Made by a program: the position numbers and the translations under genes
Shown here: piece by piece, positions 35,911-45,568 of the stretch
Layout: every line of letters begins with the position of its first letter
Numbering within the stretch: position 1 is the first letter of the stretch
Notes under the pieces: generated by a model
The model's database searches: none
Told to the model about the DNA's origin: nothing
Seen by the model: the letters and a program-made list of their open reading frames with translations, nothing else
Origin: Candidatus Bathyarchaeia archaeon
GTDB taxonomy: Archaea > Thermoproteota > Bathyarchaeia > 40CM-2-53-6
DNA: 64,000 bases
Direction: 5' to 3'
Assembly (NCBI GenBank): GCA_050013255.1
Contig: JBEKFP010000001.1
Coordinates: 1,152,001 to 1,216,000, forward strand

Positions 35911-36891
35911 ATGAATGGAGGGGGGAAGTTGCCCGACATTGTCTGTATGGGTGAAGTTATGGTTGAACTCAACGCTGTTAACCGTGGCCCATTGAGGAGT
36001 GTGGATCTCTTCGAAAAACATGCGGCAGGGGCCGAGGGGAATGTAGCAATCGGAGCCTCGAGGCTCGGTTGCAGTTCCGGGATAATCACGAGGGTTGGTG
36101 ATGATGAATTCGGCCTCTTCCTCATGGCGACCCTTAAAGGAGAAAACGTGGACACGTCTCACGTCCACGTCGACAAGGATTTTCCGACAGCAATCTTCTT
36201 CATTCAACGTGGCTTTCCAATTCCTGACAGGAGTGAGGCATACTATTACCGCCACAATTCAGCCGGAAGCAAACTCAGTCCCAAAGACCTAGACACGAAA
36301 TACATCGGTTCAGCAAAGGTCCTCCATGTTTCCGGAATAACTCCCGCATTAAGCGAAAGCGCCAAAGAGGCAACAACAGCCGCTGTGAAAATCGCGAAAG
36401 AAAACAAGGTGATGGTCTCACTGGACACGAACATTCGCCTCAAACTTTGGACTGAAGGAGCAGCAAGACCTACCCTACTCCCGCTATGCAATATGGCGGA
36501 CATACTCTTCACAAGTCTACCGGACGCAAGAATAATCCTAGGCCTCGACGAACCTGCAGAAATAGCTAAAGCTCTACACAAAAGCGGCGTCAAAACTGTA
36601 GTAATCAAGCTCGGGAACAAGGGGGCGTTTGCTAGCTCTAACGGCGAGACCTTGACTCAACCCATGATCCATACGAGCGTTGAGGATCCAACAGGTGCTG
36701 GCGATTCTTTCGCGGCAACATTTCTAGCAACTCAGTTGAAAGGTTGGGTACTGCAGGACAGTTTGCGCGGGGCTTTGGCGACAGCAGCTTTAGTCGTAGG
36801 CATCAGAGGCGATTATGAGAACATACCGAGCATGGATGCGTTACGGACTTATCTTGAATTTCAAAAAGGTAAGGCTGAGTACCTTCGATGA
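35911..36891 (+). CDS. kdgK: PfkB sugar kinase, 2-keto-3-deoxygluconate kinase-like
   Basis: GE-x-M, GAE-x-NVA, VGDDEFG, D-x-NIR-x-KLW, DPTGAGD. Confidence 0.85.
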   Translation: MNGGGKLPDIVCMGEVMVELNAVNRGPLRSVDLFEKHAAGAEGNVAIGASRLGCSSGIITRVGDDEFGLFLMATLKGENVDTSHVHVDKDFPTAIFFIQRGFPIPDRSEAYYYRHNSAGSKLSPKDLDTKYIGSAKVLHVSGITPALSESAKEATTAAVKIAKENKVMVSLDTNIRLKLWTEGAARPTLLPLCNMADILFTSLPDARIILGLDEPAEIAKALHKSGVKTVVIKLGNKGAFASSNGETLTQPMIHTSVEDPTGAGDSFAATFLATQLKGWVLQDSLRGALATAALVVGIRGDYENIPSMDALRTYLEFQKGKAEYLR

Positions 36892-36950
36892 GGTTCAACG
36901 AAGCATAGAGTAGTAGGGTTCAGAACGGGAAAGAAGATGTTTGGTGCCTT

Positions 36951-37094
36951 TCAGGACTGTTGAGCTGACGGCGTTTGCGTCACCACATCGGCGGTCGGGA
37001 CGGGCTGTTCGGCCAGTCCGCACTTTGTGAGGTGCGTTTTGTATTCGTCGAGCCTGATCTGTCTATGGCATCGAAGGCATTCGAGCGTCTTCAT
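36951..37094 (-). CDS. 47-aa C2HC (UBZ-like) zinc-finger microprotein (absent from ORF track)
   Basis: Manual translation MKTLECLRCHRQIRLDEYKTHLTKCGLAEQPVPTADVVTQTPSAQQS, pattern C-x2-C-x11-H-x3-C. Confidence 0.7.
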   Translation of the reverse strand: MKTLECLRCHRQIRLDEYKTHLTKCGLAEQPVPTADVVTQTPSAQQS

Positions 37095-37175
37095 CTCGGT
37101 GCGTACGCTTCTATTACGGAATTGTCGACGGCCCGTCTATTTCACTCTCGCGATTGCAATTTGCTCTGTCGTTAT

Positions 37176-38363
37176 TCAACGTTGGCTTTTGAAGCCGTCC
37201 GACCATGAAGGTTGATGCAAGCTTGGTTGGATGGTTCTAACGCTTTGCGGTCTCAGTCGTTCCCCTATCTCATGCATTCGGGTACCTGTCATGCCTTGAA
37301 TGCGTCTCAAATCAGTCATTTCGCGTCGAGAAACTAACGTCACCGCAATACCGCTGGCTCCAGCCCTGCCGGTCCGGCCAATTCTATGGAAGTAAAGCAG
37401 AGGGTCGTTGGGTAGGTCATAATTCACGACATGCGTGACGCCTTCGATATCCAAGCCCCGTGAGGCAACATCCGTTGCTACCAGGAATCGCGCACGGCCT
37501 CTTCGGAAATCATCCAACGCTCGTTCGCGTTGCGCCTGCGTCAGGTCACCATGTATTACAGCGACGTCACGCCGGTTCCGCCTTAGTCTATATCCAATCC
37601 GATCAGCGCCTCTCTTGGTGGAGCAGAAAATCAAAGCACGCTGAACAGATTTTTCGTCCATTATGTCGCAGAGTGCTTGAAACTTGCGTTCTGGGTCTAC
37701 TACGCGGTAGAGCTGGTCTATTTCCTCAACCGCTATCTCGTCCCTGCTGACCAGTATTTTCTCAGCATTGTACATGTGCCTCGACGCCAATTCGAGGATT
37801 TCGTCGGGCATGGTAGCAGAGAACATTGCTGTCTGCTTTTCGTTGGCCGTTCTTCGCAGTATGAACTCTATGTCGTCGATGAAACCCATGTCGAGCATGC
37901 GGTCGCCTTCGTCGAGGACAACAAACGTTGCTTGGTCGATTAGCAGAGTGCCTCTTCGGAGGTGGTCGATGATTCTGCCCGGTGTCCCAACCACGATGTG
38001 CACAGTGCTTTGAAGTGCTTGCATCTGGCTGTAGATTGGTTGGCCACCATAAACGGCGAGCGTTCGTACTGAGAGGTATTTCCCATATCTGTTCAGGTCT
38101 GAGGCAACTTGAACGGCTAGTTCACGGGTCGGGACAAGAACAAGCGCTTGCACCGCATCCATGGACCTATCAATTCTCTGAATCATAGGTACGCCGAAAG
38201 CAGCAGTCTTACCTGTACCAGTTTTCGCTTGGCCTATCACATCTCTGCCATCAAGCAGAGGGCCAATTGCTGCAGCCTGAATTGGGAACATCTCTTCAAA
38301 ACCGAGTTCCCTGAGGCTGCGAATTATCTCTCCCTTTATCGGGAGTTCTTCGAAACTTTGCAT
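37176..38363 (-). CDS. DEAD-box RNA helicase
   Basis: Q motif, GTGKT, PTRELA, TPGR, DEGD, SAT, SRGLD, HRIGRTGR. Confidence 0.96.
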   Translation of the reverse strand: MQSFEELPIKGEIIRSLRELGFEEMFPIQAAAIGPLLDGRDVIGQAKTGTGKTAAFGVPMIQRIDRSMDAVQALVLVPTRELAVQVASDLNRYGKYLSVRTLAVYGGQPIYSQMQALQSTVHIVVGTPGRIIDHLRRGTLLIDQATFVVLDEGDRMLDMGFIDDIEFILRRTANEKQTAMFSATMPDEILELASRHMYNAEKILVSRDEIAVEEIDQLYRVVDPERKFQALCDIMDEKSVQRALIFCSTKRGADRIGYRLRRNRRDVAVIHGDLTQAQRERALDDFRRGRARFLVATDVASRGLDIEGVTHVVNYDLPNDPLLYFHRIGRTGRAGASGIAVTLVSRREMTDLRRIQGMTGTRMHEIGERLRPQSVRTIQPSLHQPSWSDGFKSQR

Positions 38364-38607
38364 TCCTAGTTTACACTTTCCTACGTAAACCGCTTTTAGA
38401 AAACCGAACAGCTAAGCTTCCGCGTTTACGGGTAAACCGCGTTCCAGTTTCGCTGTGCAGAACTTCTCTGTATCCGCACGCGGTCTTCGTTAAAACTACG
38501 CAAACACAACACTACCATTTAAACGTTAGTTGAAACTGACAGAGTAATGGGCTCTTCAAGAACGAAATGAATCGTAGTCTGCCAAGAGTTCAAACGGGGG
38601 CAGGTTC

Positions 38608-40578
38608 TTGGGAGAATTGCTTTGGACACCCTCAAAGGAACAAGTGAGACAGGCCAACATTACCCGTTTTATCGACTTCGTCAACAGGAAGTACGGACTT
38701 AAGATTCAGAACTATTGGCAGCTGCACGAGTGGTCTGTTGAGAAAATTCCCGACTTCTGGGCGGCCATGTGGGAATTTGGGGGCATAGTCTCTAGTCGCA
38801 GCTATGACAATGTGGTCGACGACCTAACCAAATTCCCCGGCGCAAAATGGTTTCCAGGTGCAAAACTGAATTTCGCTCAGAACCTATTGAGGCATAGAGA
38901 CGATCAATATGCGCTTTTGTTCAGAGGCGAGACGCAGAAGACAGCCCAGATGACCTACGGAGAATTGTATGCTCAAGTCGCAGCGCTAGCAAAGTGGCTG
39001 GTCCGAGAGGGAGTTGCACCGGGGGATAGAGTGTGTGCCTACCTGCCCAACATGACCGAAACGGTTGTCGCCATGCTTGCCGCCACAAGTGTTGGAGCTG
39101 TTTGGGCTTCCTGTGGGACTGAACTTGGGCCGACAGCTGTTTTGGATCGTTTCTGTCAGGTCGAGCCTAAGATCCTCTTTACGGCCGACGGATACTTTTA
39201 TGGAAACAAAGTTTTCGACAGGTTAGCTTACGCCGAAAGGGTTGCCCGGGGAATCCCTTCGTTAGAACATGTGGTCGCTGTTCCGTATCTAAACGAGAAA
39301 CCTGATATCACGAACATACCAAACTGTGTGCTCTACAACAATATCATCTCATCCGAGAACGTGTCCGAAATCCACTTCGAGCAACTGCCTTTCGACCATC
39401 CCGTCTACATAATGTTCTCCTCCGGAACAACTGGCAAGCCGAAGTGCATGGTTCAAGGCGTTGGTGTGCTTCTGAATCAGCTGAAGGATCTGATGCTCCA
39501 TACGGACCTGAAGCGAGAAGATAGGATAACCTACATTACAACTGCAAGCTGGATGATGTGGAATTGGCTTGTAAGTTCACTAGCCGTGGGGGCTACGATA
39601 GTTCTCTACGATGGTAACCCGAACTATCCAAATTGGGGTAACATGTGGAGGTTGATACAGGATGATAAGATAACTATTTTCGGTTGTAGCGCCAGCTACA
39701 TCAACTATCTCAGAACCCTTGAGGCAAGGCCTGGCAAGGTTTATGATTTAACGTCCCTCCGTGAAATATCGCAGACTGGTTCACCTCTTTCCGCCGAAGG
39801 CTTCGGGTGGATTTATCGTGAGGTCAAGCGAGACCTACACTTCAATTCAATTTCAGGTGGCACTGATCTCAACGGGGGGTTCGCCTCTGGAAACCCTACA
39901 CTTCCTGTCTATGCAGGTGAGGTTAGCGGGCCTGAATTAGGAATGAAGATTAGAGCCTACGACGAGCAGGGAAAGCAGGTAGTTGACCAAGAAGGAGAAC
40001 TTGTGTGTGAGGCTCCTTCCCCATCCATGCCACTTCATTTCTGGAAGGACCCAGGGAATGAAAGATACAGAGAGGCCTACTTCAATTTCTACCTACACGT
40101 GGAAAAAAACGTTTGGAGACACGGCGACTACATTATTATCCATAGTGACACGGGCGGAATAACGTTCCTCGGCCGCTCAGATAGTGTGTTGAAGCCATCA
40201 GGAGTCCGCATCGGCACGGCTGAGATTTATAGTGTCGTGGAAAAATTCCCTGAAATTGCCGATAGCGTAGTCGTGGGGCAAAATTGGAAAGGAGACCAAC
40301 GGTTGATCCTCTTCGTCCAACTTGCCTCCGGCCAACGCTTAACCGAGGATCTGAAATCTAAAATAAAACAATCCCTACGTCAAGATGCTTCTCCAAGGCA
40401 TGTTCCTGCGCTCATACTTGAAACGCCAGGTATCCCTTACACATTCAACATGAAGAAGGTTGAGAGTGCCGTCAGAAACATAATAGACGGCAAACCGGTC
40501 GCAAACAGAGCTGCAATAACCAATCCTGAGTCTCTAGAATATTTCGAGAAACTCTTACCGCAACTTCAATCGGAGTAA
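38608..40578 (+). CDS. acetoacetate-CoA ligase
   Basis: FSSGTTGKPKC, WMMWNWL, SISGGTD, W-x-HGD, GRSD-x-x-LKPSGVRIGTAEIY, KKVE. Confidence 0.93.
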   Translation: MGELLWTPSKEQVRQANITRFIDFVNRKYGLKIQNYWQLHEWSVEKIPDFWAAMWEFGGIVSSRSYDNVVDDLTKFPGAKWFPGAKLNFAQNLLRHRDDQYALLFRGETQKTAQMTYGELYAQVAALAKWLVREGVAPGDRVCAYLPNMTETVVAMLAATSVGAVWASCGTELGPTAVLDRFCQVEPKILFTADGYFYGNKVFDRLAYAERVARGIPSLEHVVAVPYLNEKPDITNIPNCVLYNNIISSENVSEIHFEQLPFDHPVYIMFSSGTTGKPKCMVQGVGVLLNQLKDLMLHTDLKREDRITYITTASWMMWNWLVSSLAVGATIVLYDGNPNYPNWGNMWRLIQDDKITIFGCSASYINYLRTLEARPGKVYDLTSLREISQTGSPLSAEGFGWIYREVKRDLHFNSISGGTDLNGGFASGNPTLPVYAGEVSGPELGMKIRAYDEQGKQVVDQEGELVCEAPSPSMPLHFWKDPGNERYREAYFNFYLHVEKNVWRHGDYIIIHSDTGGITFLGRSDSVLKPSGVRIGTAEIYSVVEKFPEIADSVVVGQNWKGDQRLILFVQLASGQRLTEDLKSKIKQSLRQDASPRHVPALILETPGIPYTFNMKKVESAVRNIIDGKPVANRAAITNPESLEYFEKLLPQLQSE

Positions 40579-40775
40579 CGAATGCGCAGAGTCTTGCCCG
40601 CGTAGCCTAGGATCGTTCCCAACTGCTACCACATTCGGTTTTTCCTGCGGATACACCATAGGGGAAACTTGTGCGGAGTTTCTGGTGATTTAAGCGTCCA
40701 GATTGTAATGCCTCAGAAAAAAAACAAGCCATAGTGTTATTAGGACTGCGAGTAGTCCATCTCTGGGAAAATACC

Positions 40776-41876
40776 TTGAGTTCTACAGAAAAACCAAAAT
40801 CAAGCAACAAGATGTACATCGGGATAGGAATAATTGTTATTCTCGTCATCGCAATTGGAGCAGGAGTTTACCTATACAACCCAACCCAAGCCCCGTCATC
40901 TACAACTCAGACAATGGTGACCTCTGCAGCAGGCGCAATCAAGATTGCTTTTATCAGCAGCGCGCCAATGGAGGAACCGTGGACCTCAGTCATACACACA
41001 GCCATCAACTACTCAATCCAGTACTACGGCGCAGATAAAATAACGTACAAGTGGACTGAAAACGTCCAGTACTCCGACACGCCCAGAGTCATGCGTGAAT
41101 ATGCAACTAACGGCTTCAATCTAATATTCGTTGACGCATTTGGGGCGGACGACACCGCCCGAGCCGCCGCAAAGGACTTTCCAAACACGTACTTCGTCCT
41201 CGGAACAGATAATCACGTGTTCGGCGACAACGTGGCTGTGTTCGACGACTGGATTCATGAACCCGCTTACATGTGCGGCATGATTGCCGGCAACATAACG
41301 AAGAGCAACGTGATCGGAGTCGTTGGAGGCGTAGCCGACCCCGAGGTCAACAGGCTCATAAACGCATTCAAGGATGGAGCAAAGGCCGTAAACCCCAACG
41401 TCAAGGTTCTAATCACATTCATGGGCGAGTGGTTCAACCCTCCCAAGGCAAAGGAAGCTGCATTAGCAGAAATCAACGCTGGCGCGGATGTTCTGTACAG
41501 TGAACGGGAGGGAGGAATTGAGGCAGCAGAACTGAAACACATACCCGTGTTCGGAAGCCTACAGGATCAATATCAACTAGCGCCCGACGTGGTAATCACA
41601 GGGCCTGTTTGGAACATGTGGCCAACAGTCAAACACGAGATTGACTTAGTGATGCAACAAAAGTGGGTAGCCGAAGATCTCAGATTCTATTCAATGATGG
41701 AGAAGGGCGGTTCAATGCTCGCGCCTTGGCATGACTGGGAGACAAGACTAAGTCCGGACATTGTGGCGATGTTGAAGAAAACTAACGCAGTATCAGCGAT
41801 GGACGCAGTCACGGCCCAGATAATGTCTGGAGCTCTTACTGTCCCGATGGATGAGTCCGAACCAGTATCAGGCTAG
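40776..41876 (+). CDS. BMP-family ABC substrate-binding protein (nucleoside/nucleobase type)
   Basis: N-terminal TM plus Ser/Thr linker, IHEPAY-x-x-G-x-IAG, F-x-x-GAK-x-VNP, GEWFNP. Likely TTG start at 40776. Confidence 0.92.
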   Translation: MSSTEKPKSSNKMYIGIGIIVILVIAIGAGVYLYNPTQAPSSTTQTMVTSAAGAIKIAFISSAPMEEPWTSVIHTAINYSIQYYGADKITYKWTENVQYSDTPRVMREYATNGFNLIFVDAFGADDTARAAAKDFPNTYFVLGTDNHVFGDNVAVFDDWIHEPAYMCGMIAGNITKSNVIGVVGGVADPEVNRLINAFKDGAKAVNPNVKVLITFMGEWFNPPKAKEAALAEINAGADVLYSEREGGIEAAELKHIPVFGSLQDQYQLAPDVVITGPVWNMWPTVKHEIDLVMQQKWVAEDLRFYSMMEKGGSMLAPWHDWETRLSPDIVAMLKKTNAVSAMDAVTAQIMSGALTVPMDESEPVSG

Positions 41877-41900
41877 TGAGGCAGTGCACAGAGGCTAAGT

Positions 41901-41944
41901 TCCATTTTTCCTTCCCATCTTTCTTTTCCATTTTTGTTTTCTTC
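41901..41944 (+). terminator. oligo-pyrimidine tract after the BMP gene
   Basis: TCCATTTTTCCTTCCCATCTTTCTTTTCCATTTTTGTTTTCTTC, resembling an archaeal oligo-U terminator. Confidence 0.5.
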
Positions 41945-41973
41945 TATAGCTTTCGGTTAGGACGGCGCTTCGA

Positions 41974-43491
41974 ATGAATGGGCGCGAATACGCAGTAGAC
42001 ATGAGGGGCATCGTCAAGACATTTCCTGGTGTAGTTGCCAACGATAATGTCGATCTTCAGCTGGAACGTGGGAAGATACACGCTCTCCTCGGGGAGAACG
42101 GGGCCGGAAAGACAACACTGATGAACGTGCTATACGGCCTTTACAGGCCCGACGGGGGCGAAATTCTAGTCGGTGACAAGCGGGTTGTTTTCAACTCTCC
42201 CCAAGACGCCATAGCCGTGAAGATTGGAATGATACATCAACACTTCATGCTAGTACAAGCAATGAGCGTTGTCGACAACATAATCTTGGGGCTGAAGTCT
42301 AACAAAGTCGTGTTAGACGAGGTTTCGGCTCAGAAGAGAATTCGGGAGCTTGCTGACACTTATGGCCTGGAGGTTGACCCAGATAGCTACATTTGGCAAC
42401 TGAGTGTTGGCGAACAGCAACGAGTTGAGATCCTAAAAGCAATCTACAGGGACGCTAGCATCTTAATTCTCGACGAACCGACTGCAGTTTTGACCCCTCC
42501 AGAGATCAAGGACTTGTTCCGAGTTCTTCGCAGAATGAAAGGCGAAGGAAAATCCATCGTCTACATCAGTCACAAACTCGATGAGGTACTGGAAATCAGT
42601 GACAGGATCTCCGTCCTAAGGCTCGGCAAAATAGTGGCAGAGGTCTTGACGAAAGAGACAAGCAAGGTAGAACTCGCTCGTATGATGGTGGGTCGAGAAG
42701 TAATCTTCAGACTCTCCAAGACAGCGGCCAAGACTGGAAAACCGATCCTTGAGGTTCAAGACATTTCCGCAGTGAATGATAGGAAGGCGCTTGCGTTAAG
42801 GAAAGTCTCATTTACCGTCGGGGAAGGTGAGATCCTCGGTATCGCTGGCGTCTCGGGCAACGGACAGCGAGAACTCGCGGAGGTTCTTATCGGGCTGAGG
42901 AAGGTTGCGAATGGAAATGTCAAGATCGGTGGCGTCGATGTTACGAATTCGAGCCCAAGAAAAATGGCCGATATGAGCGTGGGGTTCATTCCAGAGGATC
43001 GGGTGGGAGTAGGCTTAGTGATGAATCTCCCAATTCTCAACAACGCGATTCTGAAAGAGTATCGGAACTTTTCGAACGGCCCGCTTCTGGATTATGCCGC
43101 CGCCTCCGCTTACACGGAACGGATAATCAAGGAATTTGGCGTTAAGACGCCCAACATGCGTTACCCCACAAAGACGCTCTCAGGTGGTAATCTGCAGAAA
43201 CTCATCTTGGCACGTGAACTCGCTAGGGACCCGAGGTTATTAATTGCGTCCCAGCCCACACGAGGGCTTGATGTGGGCGCAACTGAGGAAATACGCTCAA
43301 GACTCATAGAAGAAAGATCTCACGGCCGAGGGGTTCTGCTCATCTCCGAAGACCTCGACGAGATACTGTCCCTGAGCGATAGGATCGCTGTAATGTTTGA
43401 GGGACAGATCATGGGTATTGTTCAAGCTGAGGATGCGAAGCTGGAAGATATTGGACTGATGATGGCCGGGTCCAAGAGAATGGAGGCGTGA
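41974..43491 (+). CDS. ABC transporter ATP-binding protein (CUT2/nucleoside type, double domain)
   Basis: GENGAGKT, LSVGEQQRVEI, LDEPT, LSGGNLQK. Confidence 0.96.
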   Translation: MNGREYAVDMRGIVKTFPGVVANDNVDLQLERGKIHALLGENGAGKTTLMNVLYGLYRPDGGEILVGDKRVVFNSPQDAIAVKIGMIHQHFMLVQAMSVVDNIILGLKSNKVVLDEVSAQKRIRELADTYGLEVDPDSYIWQLSVGEQQRVEILKAIYRDASILILDEPTAVLTPPEIKDLFRVLRRMKGEGKSIVYISHKLDEVLEISDRISVLRLGKIVAEVLTKETSKVELARMMVGREVIFRLSKTAAKTGKPILEVQDISAVNDRKALALRKVSFTVGEGEILGIAGVSGNGQRELAEVLIGLRKVANGNVKIGGVDVTNSSPRKMADMSVGFIPEDRVGVGLVMNLPILNNAILKEYRNFSNGPLLDYAAASAYTERIIKEFGVKTPNMRYPTKTLSGGNLQKLILARELARDPRLLIASQPTRGLDVGATEEIRSRLIEERSHGRGVLLISEDLDEILSLSDRIAVMFEGQIMGIVQAEDAKLEDIGLMMAGSKRMEA

Positions 43492-43494
43492 GAG

Positions 43495-44562
43495 TTGGCC
43501 TTCTTTACAGTCGAGAAACGTTTACTGCCGTCACGGCGACTCAACATCGCTGCGCCTATTGTATCAACGTTGGTCGCTCTGGTCATTTCTGCTGTCCCAA
43601 TCTATGTGGGCGGAGTCAATCCCCTATACGGTTATGGGGAACTCTTGTATGGCGCCCTCGGCGACAAACTCGCTATAACAGAAACTTTCGTGTTGTTCGC
43701 ACCACTGCTGCTCTGCGGTTTGGCGGTCGCACTAGCCTTCACGTGTAAGTTTTGGAACATCGGAGCAGAGGGACAACTCTATTCCGGAGGGTTGTTCGCA
43801 TCATTCTTCGCGGTTTACGCTACATCTATTCCATCGGTTATAGCCATTCCAGCAATGTTGGCCGTGGGTTTCCTCGGAGGGGCGGGATGGGCTGCGATCC
43901 CTGCGATTCTGAAAGTGAAACTGAAAGTTGACGAAGTTGTAACCACCCTGCTAGGCAACTGGATAATGACCTACGCCGTTGAGGCACTTCTGTTCGGCCC
44001 TTGGAAGAATCCTGCTACGGGATGGCCTGAATCGCCCGTAATCTCTGATACAACGAAATTCCCAATCCTCATAGCGGGCTCGAGATTTCATTTTGGCATA
44101 ATCCTCGCACTACTCGTGGCTGTCGTATTCTATATCATAGTTCGGAAAACGAAGTGGGGGTTTGAGCTGCTCGGAATCGGAGGGAATCAGACCGCTTCGT
44201 ACGCAGCTGGCATTAATGTTCCGAGACAAATCATCCTTGCCGCGATTGTCAGCGGGGGCATTGCAGGCCTTGCAGGCGTAGGTCAAGTTGCGGGTATCCA
44301 GTTTCATATGACGACTGACCTCTCGCCGGGTTACGGTTATACTGGAGTGATAATTGCGATGGTAGGCGCCCTTAACCCCATTGGAGTAGTGTTGGCTTCC
44401 TTCCTTCTGGCAGTAGTTGTTCAGGGTACACAAGCGATGCACCGCGCCACAGGCGTCCCTTGGGCGTTGGCGGAGGGCATGCAGGGGATAATCCTCCTTT
44501 GCCTGTTGGTAGGCATTTTCTTCACCAAATATCGCCTGAAGCAAGGTAGGAGGCGCAGTTAA
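43495..44562 (+). CDS. ABC transporter permease
   Basis: WNIGAEGQ, DEVVTTLL, GYGYTG. Confidence 0.94.
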   Translation: MAFFTVEKRLLPSRRLNIAAPIVSTLVALVISAVPIYVGGVNPLYGYGELLYGALGDKLAITETFVLFAPLLLCGLAVALAFTCKFWNIGAEGQLYSGGLFASFFAVYATSIPSVIAIPAMLAVGFLGGAGWAAIPAILKVKLKVDEVVTTLLGNWIMTYAVEALLFGPWKNPATGWPESPVISDTTKFPILIAGSRFHFGIILALLVAVVFYIIVRKTKWGFELLGIGGNQTASYAAGINVPRQIILAAIVSGGIAGLAGVGQVAGIQFHMTTDLSPGYGYTGVIIAMVGALNPIGVVLASFLLAVVVQGTQAMHRATGVPWALAEGMQGIILLCLLVGIFFTKYRLKQGRRRS

Positions 44563-45501
44563 TTGTCGTTACTTGATGCCACCCTGATCACCGGCGTGCT
44601 TGCGATGACGCTGAGAATGGCAACTCCATTGATTTACGGGACTGTAGGGGAAACGTTCTCTGAACGAGCAGGAATCCTAAACTTGGGAATAGAGGGCATG
44701 ATGTTGATGGGTGCAAGCATAGGGTTTCTCGTTGGATTTACTACGGGAGACCTATGGCTAGGAGTAGCCGCAGCTGCACTCACAGGGCTCGTGTTGGGAT
44801 TAGTAATGGCGTTCCTGACGGTATCAATAGGCGCCCAACAGCATGTTGCTGGTTTGGGGCTCACGATAGCCTGCTCGGGTTTCAGCTTTTACATTTACCG
44901 AATATCCGTGGCCAATGTTGGAGGCGTTGCACCACACGTAGAACCATTCGCCACAATTCCCATTCCATACCTGAGTCAAATACCGATCATTGGAGAGGTC
45001 CTGTTCAACCAGCACGCGTTGGCTTACATTGGGTTGATCCTTGTACCAGTCTCAGCCTTCGTACTCTTCAGAACCAGATTTGGCCTTTCTCTTCGCGCTG
45101 TCGGTGAAAACCCGAACGCTGCTGCGACAGCAGGCATCGACGTGTTCAAGATGAGATACATCAGCCTCATCATAGCGGGTGTCCTCAGTGCCATTGGCGG
45201 GGCTTGGCTCTCATTGGCACAGTCGGGCATGTTCCTTCCGGGACTTACGCAGGGGCGAGGATGGGTGTGTATTGCGTTGGTTGTTTTCGCTAACTGGATG
45301 CCCTACAGAGTTCTAGGCGGGGCCATACTGTTCGGTGGAATAGACGCCGTTCAACTGTCGTTGCAGGGAGTTGGTTGGAACATACCTTACCAACTATTCC
45401 TCATGCTTCCTTACGTGCTAACAATAGTGGCCCTAGTAGCGGTCTCTCGACGAGCAAGAGCCCCAGCCGCGCTTCTTCTTTCGTACAAGAGGGAAGATTG
45501 A
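44563..45501 (+). CDS. ABC transporter permease
   Basis: SERAGILNLGIEG, LRAVGENP, GRGW, MLPYVLT. Confidence 0.94.
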   Translation: MSLLDATLITGVLAMTLRMATPLIYGTVGETFSERAGILNLGIEGMMLMGASIGFLVGFTTGDLWLGVAAAALTGLVLGLVMAFLTVSIGAQQHVAGLGLTIACSGFSFYIYRISVANVGGVAPHVEPFATIPIPYLSQIPIIGEVLFNQHALAYIGLILVPVSAFVLFRTRFGLSLRAVGENPNAAATAGIDVFKMRYISLIIAGVLSAIGGAWLSLAQSGMFLPGLTQGRGWVCIALVVFANWMPYRVLGGAILFGGIDAVQLSLQGVGWNIPYQLFLMLPYVLTIVALVAVSRRARAPAALLLSYKRED

Positions 45502-45568
45502 ACTTTCTCGTTACTGCAAACGGCATGCGGCTATCACACTAAAGTGTAGAATCCCGAGAGCGACAAGT

